A DNA stretch of 64,000 bases, taken from an uncultured Acidobacteriota bacterium (lineage in GTDB: Bacteria; Acidobacteriota; Vicinamibacteria; Vicinamibacterales; UBA2999). Location: the NCBI GenBank assembly GCA_963841905.1, contig CAWJEM010000023.1:984-64983 (forward strand). The letters run 5' to 3'. The position numbers and the translations under genes are program-made. Below are positions 46,614 through 55,678 of this stretch, one piece after another; the first letter of the stretch is position 1, and each line of letters begins with the position of its first letter. Under the pieces are notes generated by a model. The model worked only from the letters and a program-made list of their open reading frames with translations. It was not told the DNA's origin and made no database searches.

Positions 46614-48212
46614 CTACGGAGTGTACATGAGCGCCTCGACACTCTGACGAATGTTTCGCGGACGTGACTGTCGCGCCAGGCTCATCGTGTAGGCCTTCGT
46701 GGCGACGCTCACCGCGATCGCCAGCGAGATCTTGCGGATCTCCCGCAGGGGCGGGTAGAGCGCACCCTCGTTGAGACCCTTCCGCCGCACCAGGTTCGCG
46801 AGCGTGCGCGCGGCCACGAGGAACAGCTCGTCGGGCAGCGTGCGGGCGCGGCACGCCACAGCACCCAGCCCGATGCCGGGGAACACGTACGCGTTGTTGC
46901 CTTGCGCCGGCCGGAACACCGTGCCCCGGTACGTCACTGGCGCGAACGGGCTGCCGCTCGCGAAGATCGCCCGCCCGCCGGACCAGGCATACGCCTGGTC
47001 TGGCGTGCACTCGGCGCGGGATGTCGGATTCGACAGCGCGAAAATCACCGGCCGCGTGTTGATCTCGCTCAACCGCTCGATCACCGGCTGGGTGAACGTC
47101 CCCGGAGCGCCGGTGGCTCCAATCAGTACCTGCGGCCTGATCGCATCGATGGCCTCGAGGAATCCGAGAGGCCGGTGGTCGTGTGCGTATGGAAGGTTGT
47201 GCGGCATCAGATCCGGGCGCTCCTTCACCACCAGGCCGTTCACGTCCACGAACCACAGGCGGCGCCGGGCTTCGTCGAGGCCGAGGCCCGCGTCGACGAG
47301 CGCCACGGTCATCAGATCGGCGATTCCCGTGGCCGCCGATCCGGCGCCGAGGAACATGATCCGCAGATCTCGGAACCGCACGCCGGTGATGCGCGTCGAG
47401 GAGTACACGCCGGCCAGAGCCACGGCAGCCGTACCTTGGATGTCGTCGTTGAAGCAGAGCACACGCTCCCTGTACTTGTTCAGAAGGGCGTAAGCGTTCG
47501 GCGTCTGGAAATCCTCGAACTGGATCAACACATCCGGATAGCGCGACTGCACGGCCGTCACGAACTCTTCGACCAGATCGTCGTACGCCTTGCCTTCCAG
47601 CCTCCGGCGCGGGTAGCCGAGGTACAGCACGTCGCGCCGCAGTGCCTCGTTGTTCGTCCCGACGTCGAGCGTGACAGGCAGACACACGTTTGGGTCGAGA
47701 CCGGCGCAGGCGGTATAGAGCGCGAGTTTGCCAATCGGAATGCCCATGCCGTTGGCGCCGAGGTCGCCAAGACCGAGGATTCGCTGTCCGTCGGTGACGA
47801 CGACGACACGGATGTCCCGGTGCGGCCAGTTGCCCAGGATCTTCCGGATGCGTCCGCGATCCTTCGGCGTGATGTAGAAGCCCTTGGGTTCCCTCGCGAT
47901 GTGTGAGAACTCTCGGCAGGCCTCGCCAACCGTCGGCGTGTAAATCAGCGGCAGAAGCCGCTCGATGTGGGCGATCAGCGTCTGGTAGAACAGTTGCTCG
48001 TTTCTCTCCTGCAGCGACGAGAGCAGCGTGTATCGATCGATGTCGCGGGGCAGCCGCTCGAGGTTAGCGATCACCCGCTGCACCATCTGACTCGGCGTCG
48101 CCACGCGGTACGGCAACAGGCCGCTGAGACCGAGACGATCCCTTTCCTTCGGGCGGAAGGTGATGGATCGATTGAGGGTCTTGTCACGGAGAACGTCGAA
48201 CCCGCGCTTCAT
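46614..48212 (-). CDS. NAD(P)-dependent malic enzyme
   Basis: 532 aa. ..YTPTVGEAC.., ..VVTDGQRILGLGDLG.. and ..FNDDIQGTAAV..GAGSAATGIA.. are hallmark motifs. Confidence 0.9.
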   Translation of the reverse strand: MKRGFDVLRDKTLNRSITFRPKERDRLGLSGLLPYRVATPSQMVQRVIANLERLPRDIDRYTLLSSLQERNEQLFYQTLIAHIERLLPLIYTPTVGEACREFSHIAREPKGFYITPKDRGRIRKILGNWPHRDIRVVVVTDGQRILGLGDLGANGMGIPIGKLALYTACAGLDPNVCLPVTLDVGTNNEALRRDVLYLGYPRRRLEGKAYDDLVEEFVTAVQSRYPDVLIQFEDFQTPNAYALLNKYRERVLCFNDDIQGTAAVALAGVYSSTRITGVRFRDLRIMFLGAGSAATGIADLMTVALVDAGLGLDEARRRLWFVDVNGLVVKERPDLMPHNLPYAHDHRPLGFLEAIDAIRPQVLIGATGAPGTFTQPVIERLSEINTRPVIFALSNPTSRAECTPDQAYAWSGGRAIFASGSPFAPVTYRGTVFRPAQGNNAYVFPGIGLGAVACRARTLPDELFLVAARTLANLVRRKGLNEGALYPPLREIRKISLAIAVSVATKAYTMSLARQSRPRNIRQSVEALMYTP

Positions 48213-48344
48213 GGCATTGGCATATGCTGCACGATGGCCACCACGATCGGCCCCACAGAGTGAGAAGGATGTTGCCGATGGCGTACGGAACAGTGTAGGC
48301 CAGCGAGCCGACGTTGCGTGCGGACGCTCGCAGAGGTCAGGACG

Positions 48345-49383
48345 TCATTTCCTCGACGCAGGCGGAAACACGGTCTTCCAGTCGTTCTTCATGTCGGCGA
48401 GGATCCAGCCGCGCTTGGGTGCCTCATCCAGTCCCCGCGAGAGCTGACCGATGTGAGACGTGCGATCGTAGGCCCATTCGCGCTCCGCGTCGGTGTGGTG
48501 CACGATGAGGCCGAAACGCGGTCCGCTGCCGGACGTCACCCACTCGAGCATCTCGAAGTCGCCGTCTGAGTTGCCGAAGGCGGCAATGGGACGTCGTCCG
48601 ATCACCTGATGAATCCCGACCGGCTTACCCGCTTTGTCGTCGATGAGATCGATCTCCGCGAGTCGAGCCAGAACGGGCATGCCGTTGCGGACCTCGGTAC
48701 TTCACCTTGGCCCTGCTCCCGATGACCTGTTCGGGCGGAATGCCATACGCGCGTTCTACCCAGGGCCGCATGAACTCGACGCCGCCGCCGGACACGATGA
48801 ACGTTTTGAAGCCGTTCGCGCGAAGGTAGGCCAGCACCTCGAGCATCGGCTGGTACACCATGTCTGTGTACGGCCGATTGAATTTCGGATGTCGGGCGCT
48901 CGCGATCCAGTCGCTGACAATCCGCTCGAACTCCTCGCTGGTGTTGCCGGCGTGCGAGGCGGCCATCAGCTCCAGAAGGCCACGCTCACCGCTGGCCATC
49001 ACGGCTTTGGTGTCGCCTTCGAGCACGCCTTTGAAGGGCTGCTTCTGCTTCCACTCCGGATGCTGCGCGGCCAACGCCTTGACCCGATCGAGCGTGAAGG
49101 AGAGCTGCACGTACAGTGGTTGCTCCGACCAGAGCGTGCCGTCGTTGTCAAAGGTCGCAATCCGTTCCGGCGGCGGCACGAAGTCCGGTCCGCCAACTCG
49201 CGTGACGCGGGCAACGAAATCGACGATCGATTTCTTGGCGGCTCCCTCGTTCCACGACGGCAGCGGGTCAGCCAACGGCGCGGATGCCGTCGGCGGGCCG
49301 CTCGGTGTGGACTCTCTGGTGCAGCCGGACGCCAGGAACAGCCACAGGACGACTAGGCTCCAGCACCGCAGCGATCGACTCAT
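48345..49383 (-). pseudogene. HAD-superfamily phosphatase lipoprotein with one frame break
   Basis: MSRSLRCWSLVVLWLFLASGC lipobox (ATG 49383) and FDNDGTLW motif I. The C-terminal GNSDGDFEML motif is in ORF 48345..48680. The break lies near 48690-48700. Confidence 0.75.
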
Positions 49384-49632
49384 GCGAACACGGCCCATCA
49401 AGACCTTCACGTCGCTGTCATCAGCCATGGTCCACGCGGCGAGCGCAGTGTGGCAGCAGGAAGCGCTTGGCGAGCCAGTGACGGGTCCGGTGGCTTACGA
49501 TGCGAAATTGGTCGATGCTGCCCGGGCCGAAGAGATCACCATCGTCATCGGCGGGACATCTCGATCGTTGTAGTCCGGCACACGAGGCGCAGCATGGCAG
49601 ACGCCATTGCCACGCCTCGTGAACGGAGGCTA

Positions 49633-50916
49633 TCAGAAGCGAATCCTGGCGCCGAGCTGCACCGGCAATGACCAGCGCGAGCTCTCGCTGTTGATGTCGC
49701 GCAGGCCCTCCTCGACGAGCCAGTCGACATCCGACAGGCCGCCCATGAAGCGGATCTGCGTTTCAGCCATGACCTCGAAGGGGCCAAGACCGATGAGCAC
49801 GCCGCCAGTGGGGCCAAAGCTCAACGCCCAGGACTTCTCGAAAAACTTGCCGTCCTGGGCCGCGAGGCCGGGCGTGACATTGGCGGGCACATCGACGAAG
49901 GTTCCCGTGATGTCGTCGTGCCGGTTGATGCCGACCAGGTACCCCACGTAGGGCGTGAACCGGACCCGCGCAAAGAAGAAGCGCTGGCCGCCTTCGAACC
50001 CCCAGTAGTTGTAGTCGCCGAAGTCCACCAAGAGCGGCACGTTGCCCGTACCCGCGGTGCCGATGTTGACGAGCTCCGACGAACTCCGCGAGATGATGAG
50101 GTTGACCACCGCTTCACTGCGCGGGCTCGTGCGGTAGCCGACGCCAATCTTGAAGTTCGCCATGCGGCCGTACACGTCATCGAAGGTGGTCTCGTTCAGG
50201 TTGATCGGCGCGCCCGTGGTCGTCTGCCCGGTCGCATCCTGGATCATTTTGCCGCTGAACTGGTTGTCCCAGCCCCAGAGGGCCGAGATCGTGAACCGAT
50301 GCCGAAAATCCTCGGTGGCGTCCACCTGCACCGCCGTCCGCGATTCGACCGCGAGGCGAGCCGCTTCGGTCCGGGTCACGTCCACGCGATCGCCCACCTT
50401 GAGCGCCGCCAGGACGCTGGCGTCCGTCGTCTCCAGCAGCCGGCGCTGGTAACTCGCGCCGCTCGGGCCGGTGAACGTCACCACGCGCGTGGCAGGGTCC
50501 CACCCCGTGAGGGTGACCGTCGTCACGCGCTGCGTCGCGACCGTGGCGCCGGGCAGCGCGCCGGGCGTGGCCGTCGTCACCGGCGGCTCGGTCCGGTCCA
50601 CCGCGGCCTCGCCGGGCGGCTTCGGGCGGATGCTCACGCGGTCGTAGTACGACACGCTCACGACGTCACCGACCTGGACCTGGTCGAGGCGCGTGACCGA
50701 CTGCGGGACGTCGAGGGTGACGACGTTTCCCTGATCCCCGCGGATGGTGACCGTCCGGGCGGTGGTGTCGACGGCCTCCACCTTCCCGCGAAGCGTGATC
50801 TGGTTGCTGGCCGCCTGCTTCTGTGCGCTTGCAGCAACGTTCTGTGCGCTTGCAGCGGTGGCTGACACAACCATGGACAAAAGCATCAATAGTGTGGGTT
50901 TGAAAAACTTCAACAC
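49633..50916 (-). CDS. Outer-membrane beta-barrel protein with N-terminal tandem small beta-sandwich domains
   Basis: Signal peptide MLKFFKPTLLMLLSMVVSATAASAQ. Two ..VEAVD..ARTVTIRGDQGNVVTLDV..VGDVV.. modules resemble 51299..51850. The C-terminal half has alternating beta-strand patterns and a terminal ..GARIRF. Confidence 0.7.
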   Translation of the reverse strand: MLKFFKPTLLMLLSMVVSATAASAQNVAASAQKQAASNQITLRGKVEAVDTTARTVTIRGDQGNVVTLDVPQSVTRLDQVQVGDVVSVSYYDRVSIRPKPPGEAAVDRTEPPVTTATPGALPGATVATQRVTTVTLTGWDPATRVVTFTGPSGASYQRRLLETTDASVLAALKVGDRVDVTRTEAARLAVESRTAVQVDATEDFRHRFTISALWGWDNQFSGKMIQDATGQTTTGAPINLNETTFDDVYGRMANFKIGVGYRTSPRSEAVVNLIISRSSSELVNIGTAGTGNVPLLVDFGDYNYWGFEGGQRFFFARVRFTPYVGYLVGINRHDDITGTFVDVPANVTPGLAAQDGKFFEKSWALSFGPTGGVLIGLGPFEVMAETQIRFMGGLSDVDWLVEEGLRDINSESSRWSLPVQLGARIRF

Positions 50917-50999
50917 AGCAAGACCCCATGTCGGCGCCGTCGATTACCATGGCCAGCTCGTTGGCGCCAGAAAGCGAGCCGGTTGCGCACGGAGAACTG

Positions 51000-51248
51000 C
51001 TATCGCCGATGAAATCCTTTCAGGCTGAAGCCGTAATGCACCCCGATGGCGAGAACGTCGAAGCCTTCCTCACCTTGCGCGCCCACGCTGTCGTCGAAGA
51101 GGCGTGCTTCCGCATAGGCGTACATGTTGCGCATAATCCCGACGTTCACGCCGGCGATGCCATATCTCGTACGGAAGTCGGGATGGAGGAGCGGATCGCT
51201 CGAGTCGGACTCGTTACGAGAAGCTGCCATCCGCCGCTGGCTGTCCAT
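51000..51248 (-). pseudogene. Possible C-terminal fragment of an outer-membrane beta-barrel protein
   Basis: ..YAYAEARLFDDSVGAQGEEGFDVLAIGVHYGFSLKGF.. is beta-barrel-like, but there is no signal peptide and it is only 82 aa. Confidence 0.3.
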
Positions 51249-51298
51249 GGCGAGAGTCCGAGTGGCATGGATTCGCTCCGTGCGTTGTCTACGATCTC

Positions 51299-51850
51299 CT
51301 ACTTACCGGGCTCGACCGACACCAGCACCGCTTCGGTCCAGACGATGTCGAACTTGTCGCCGACCTTGACCTTGGCGAGTGCCTCCTTGTCCACCACTTT
51401 GGACGTGTACTTCAAGCCGGTCGGCCCGGTGAAGGTGACCGACGGCACCTCCATATTGATGGCCGCAATCGTGGCCGTGATGGTCATCTGCCTGGCTTTG
51501 GTGCCACCTGGCAGGACCTGCTCGCCAGGGGTCGTGGCCTTCGAGGCGCTGGCGACGTCCGGCTCGCCGGGCCGCTTCAGCCGGACGACGACGTTCTCGT
51601 AATAGCGAGCGGTGACTTTGTCGCCGACCTTGAGCTCGGCGAAGCGCTTGATGTCCGGCCCGGCGACGGTCGACACGACGGTGCCGTCCGCCTTCTTGAG
51701 CGTGACCGTGCGGGTCGCGGCATCGATCGCTTCAACGGTGCCCGTCTCCGTTCTCATCTCTGACGAGATCGTCTTGGCCTGGGCCGAGACCGTCCTGGCC
51801 GTCGACACCAGAACTGCCACTGCAATGACTCCTACGACAAACCGTTTCAT
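51299..51850 (-). CDS. Periplasmic tandem beta-sandwich protein (DUF1344-like?; paralogue A)
   Basis: AGGAGGA RBS and ATG 51850. Signal peptide MKRFVVGVIAVAVLVSTARTVSAQ. Two ..TGTVEAID..TRTVTLKKADGT..VGDKV.. modules. Confidence 0.75.
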   Translation of the reverse strand: MKRFVVGVIAVAVLVSTARTVSAQAKTISSEMRTETGTVEAIDAATRTVTLKKADGTVVSTVAGPDIKRFAELKVGDKVTARYYENVVVRLKRPGEPDVASASKATTPGEQVLPGGTKARQMTITATIAAINMEVPSVTFTGPTGLKYTSKVVDKEALAKVKVGDKFDIVWTEAVLVSVEPGK

Positions 51851-52290
51851 ACGTCCTCCTAGTCCCGCCTTGACGTCCCTTTTTCCAACTGATCCGACTG
51901 AACTGAATCCCAGTGCCACGCCAGCCCCCGTGAAGGCGAGGGCTGACCGCTCACGTCGCGGGTTTGCGAACCCTTCGCAGAGCGGCGAGGCGAGCATGGG
52001 CCCGCGTAACACCAGACCTAGCGGGCGAAGTAGCACCGAATCGTCAGAGCAGCCCACGTAGCGCGTCCATGGACTTCTGTGCGACCGAAGCGCCCTCGGC
52101 GATCAGAGGGTCGACGGCACGATGCAGCCGATCACCCCAGCGAACACATACTTTGCAGACCGCTTGCCATGGCGCGGAGAAAGTGGAAATGGCCCGATTC
52201 ATTCATGATTTCACCGCGTGCCGCCGTTTGCGCCCCAAAACCGCCGGCGCGGGCTCCCCCACCGGACGGAGGACGCCCGTAATACAGTGG
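51851..52290 (-). other. Conserved long 5' leader of paralogue A
   Basis: Alignable by eye with 61887-62215 (blocks GGCTGACCGCTCACGTCGCGGG, CCATGGACTTCTGTGCGACCGAAGCGCCCTCGGCGATCAGAGG, GATTTCACCGCGTGCC). This copy carries a ~105-nt insertion (51961-52066). No conserved ORF. Confidence 0.5.
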
Positions 52291-52930
52291 GCGATCGCTT
52301 CTCCCGTTCCTCGCGTCTGATCTCGCACGGGAATCAGAATTGCGTACCGCTCAGTCAGACGGACGTGCAGGATGCCAGCAACAGTGACCTGATGCGCTCC
52401 GACATCCTGTCTCCCGAAAGTTTGGCGTCGATGCAGGGCGACCTGCACGTGAGCGCTGCGGGAGCGGATCGCCTGGCTTCAACCGCCGAAGCATTCCCCC
52501 GCTCGCAATGAACGAGCGACGGATCGTCCTCGACGAAGTGAGTCGGCAGCGAGCCCTGAGTTGGCCGCGTCGATTGATGCCCTGCGTGGTGAGCGCGCCG
52601 TCGTCGTCGACGACTCATGTCACATCGTCGATGTGGTCTTGGTGCGCGTGGCCATATTCCTCATCGCCGCGGTGGTGCTCGCGCCGCTCGTCGCTCACGC
52701 CTACGCTCGTGTCTGGCCCCGGCGAAGGCGCGAGCCGCAGCCATGATCGATAAGCAAGCGCTCAGGTGCACTCCTGATTCGGGACCCTGTCGTTCGGAGA
52801 TCCTCCGGAATAACGGAGGCGCCGCTGGGACAAACGGAGACATGCCGCGGCCTGTCTGTTAGCAGTCAACGACTTGAGGGAAACCTCCGACGGCGCGTGG
52901 GTGGCACTCGGCGTGCTCCAAGCCTTGCGA

Positions 52931-54505
52931 ATGACGTCAATATGCAGACAAGACGCAGCAGCCCGAGAGAATACGAAACCCCTTGGCGCCCGCCTGGCGG
53001 CGGCCCTTGTGCTCGGGATGTTTTCGGTGGCTTCAATGGCCGCGCAGAGCGCCCAGCAGGCCCCGTCCTCTCCTCCAGATGCCGCACAGACTCCTGTGAC
53101 GTCGCTGACGTGCACATCCAAGCCAGGTGAACGCTCGCAGTGCGCGGCGGACACGTCGAAAGGGGTTGTGCTGTTGCGATCGATGGGCGACGCGCCGTGT
53201 CTACTCGGAAGGACCTGGGGCTACGACCAGACCAGCGTGTGGGTCTCGGACGGCTGCAGCGCCGAATTCGGCACCGCCTCTGTCGTGCAACCGCAGACGA
53301 CGAAGCCCAAGGCGCCCACTCACGTTCCGAACGTGGGCTTTCTCCTCTTCGACGGCGAGAAGGGCCAGATCTATTTCCGGCTCTTCAGCTACGGGCGATA
53401 TCTGAACCAGCGGAATCTGGACGAGTCCTACGTTGACGCTTTCGGCAACGAGAAGACCGTTCAACGGCGCCAGGACGTCCAACTGCAGAAGTTCTTCGCG
53501 CCGTTCTCGGGGTGGTTCCTCACGCCGAAGATGCGCTACTACCTTTACGTCTGGTCGTCGAACGCCTCGCAGGGCGACCCCGCCCAGGTCGTCGGGGCGG
53601 GCAACTTGACGTGGAGCTTCAACCGGTTCGTCAGCGTGGGTGTCGGCATCACGTCGCTGCCTACCGTCCGAAGCACAGAGGGTCAGTTTCCGTTCTGGCT
53701 CGGCGTGGACAACCGCCTGATTGCCGATGAGTTCTTCCGCGGGTCGTACACCTCCGGCGTCTGGCTCAAAGGCGAGTTCCATACCAAGGTCAAGTACATG
53801 GCGATGTTCGCCAACAACCTGAGCACGCTCGGCGTGAGCGCGGCGCAGATCGACAACAAATTCGACACGCAGTCCTACTCGGTCCAATGGCTCCCGACGA
53901 CCGGCGAGTTCGGACTGTGGAACACGTTCGGCGACTACGACGATCACGAGAACGTCGCGACGCGGATCGGCGTGCACTACAGCAGCAGCCGCGAGGAAAA
54001 GCAAAGCCAGCCGGGAACCGAAGGCATCGAGAACAGCCAGATCCGGCTGACGGACGGGAGCGTCATCTTCACCCCGGATCTGTTTGGACCCGGCATCACC
54101 GTCAACGAAGTCGACTATCGGATGATGAGCATCGATGCGGGCGTCAAGTACCAGGGCCTGTCTCTCGAGGGCGAGTACTACTGGCGCTGGTTGAGCAACT
54201 ACACCGGCGTCAATACGAGTGGTATTCCCGACATCAACGACGACGGCTATCAGCTGCAGGCGTCGGCGATGGTCGTTCCCAAGATTCTTCAACTGTACTT
54301 CGGCGCCTCGCAGGTGTTCGGCCGCTTCGGCGACCAGTGGGAAGTGCGAGCGGGGGAGAACTGGTACCTGATGAAGGAGCGCGGGATTCGCCTCAACGGC
54401 GAGTGGATGTACGTGAACAAATCACCCGTCGGATACACGGCATATCCCTACCCGGTCGGCGCCAAGGGCAACGTGTTCCACATCAACCTCGAGCTGAACT
54501 TCTGA
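52931..54505 (+). CDS. Outer-membrane porin (phosphate-selective porin O/P-like) with N-terminal DUF3011-like Cys-rich domain
   Basis: ..LTCTSKPGERSQCAADTSKGVVLLRSMGDAPCLLGRTWGYDQTSVWVSDGCSAEF.., then a long beta-barrel ending ..NVFHINLELNF. The start is uncertain (ATG 52931 or TTG 52874). Confidence 0.7.
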   Translation: MTSICRQDAAARENTKPLGARLAAALVLGMFSVASMAAQSAQQAPSSPPDAAQTPVTSLTCTSKPGERSQCAADTSKGVVLLRSMGDAPCLLGRTWGYDQTSVWVSDGCSAEFGTASVVQPQTTKPKAPTHVPNVGFLLFDGEKGQIYFRLFSYGRYLNQRNLDESYVDAFGNEKTVQRRQDVQLQKFFAPFSGWFLTPKMRYYLYVWSSNASQGDPAQVVGAGNLTWSFNRFVSVGVGITSLPTVRSTEGQFPFWLGVDNRLIADEFFRGSYTSGVWLKGEFHTKVKYMAMFANNLSTLGVSAAQIDNKFDTQSYSVQWLPTTGEFGLWNTFGDYDDHENVATRIGVHYSSSREEKQSQPGTEGIENSQIRLTDGSVIFTPDLFGPGITVNEVDYRMMSIDAGVKYQGLSLEGEYYWRWLSNYTGVNTSGIPDINDDGYQLQASAMVVPKILQLYFGASQVFGRFGDQWEVRAGENWYLMKERGIRLNGEWMYVNKSPVGYTAYPYPVGAKGNVFHINLELNF

Positions 54506-54519
54506 TCGACGAGGTGAAA

Positions 54520-55651
54520 ATGACGCACAGAACTTGGTCCCGTTCGGCGGCTGTTCTCGGTGCCTTCTGCGCGCTGACGCTGCTGGTGCTCGCCTTCGTC
54601 CGCGCGCGTCCGCTCGACGCACAGGGCCAGGGTGCCGGCAACGAGTTCCACGACTCACATTTCCACGTCACGAACTACATCCAGCAGGGCATCCAGACGA
54701 AGCAGTTCCTGGAGATCATGGGGAACCGGGTGGGCCGATCGACGCTGTTCGGCATCCCGCTGCAACAGCAATGGTCGCACGCGAACTCCGGCGATTTCGC
54801 GCCGACTTACTATCTGCACACCGACGCGCCGCTCTACTACTACTCGTTCACCGACGCCTACATCGCCAGCGCCTACCGCGCGCTGCCAAAGGAGGCCCAG
54901 GCGCGGTTCGACCCAATGATCACCGGCTTCAATCCCGCCGACATGTACGGCGTCGACCACATTCGGCGTGTTCTCACCACCTTCCCCGGTGTCTTCACCG
55001 GCATTGGCGAGTTCAGCATCCACAAGGAGTTCGTCTCCTCGAAGATTGCCGGCGAGACCGCCAGCCTGATCAACCCGGCGCTCGACCGGATACTCGCCTT
55101 CGCGGCGGAGACCGGCCTCGTCGTCATCCTGCACAACGACATCGACATGCCGTTCGGCAAGGTCGACACCGAGCCGGTTTACCTCACGCAGATGAAGGAT
55201 CTGCTGAAGCGGCATCCGAAGAGCACGATTATCTGGGCACACACCGGCCTCGGGCGGATTGTCCGTCCGGTGCAGGTCTCGGCGGAGGCCGCCGAGCGCA
55301 CGCCGACACACCTCGAGATCCTCGAGGGCATGCTCAAGGACCCGTCGCTGCGTCACGTCGTCTTCGACATCTCGTGGGACGAAGTGGCGAAGTACGCGGT
55401 CTCGTCGCCGGAAGTGACCGCGCGAGTGGTCACCCTCTTCAACCAGCACTCCGACCGATTCCTCTTCGGCACCGACACCGTTGCGCCGTCCGGCCCGAAG
55501 CCGGTACTACGCGGTCTTCGATCAGTGGGCTCCGGTTTGGAAGGGGCTCACGCCGGAGGCGAGCCGCAGGATTCGCACGGGCAACTACGAGCGGATGTTC
55601 GACGAAGGACGCCGAAGAGTCCGCGCCTGGGAAGCAGCAAACGTGAAATGA
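54520..55651 (+). pseudogene. Secreted amidohydrolase-family (TIM-barrel metal hydrolase) gene with one frame break
   Basis: GAGGTGA RBS and ATG 54520, with a signal peptide. FHDSHFHV motif. The C-terminus YYAVFDQWAPVWKGLTPEASRRIRTGNYERMF is in another frame from about 55500, with TGA at 55649-55651. Confidence 0.75.
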
Positions 55652-55678
55652 AGCCATCAAAAAACTTGGAGGATACCA

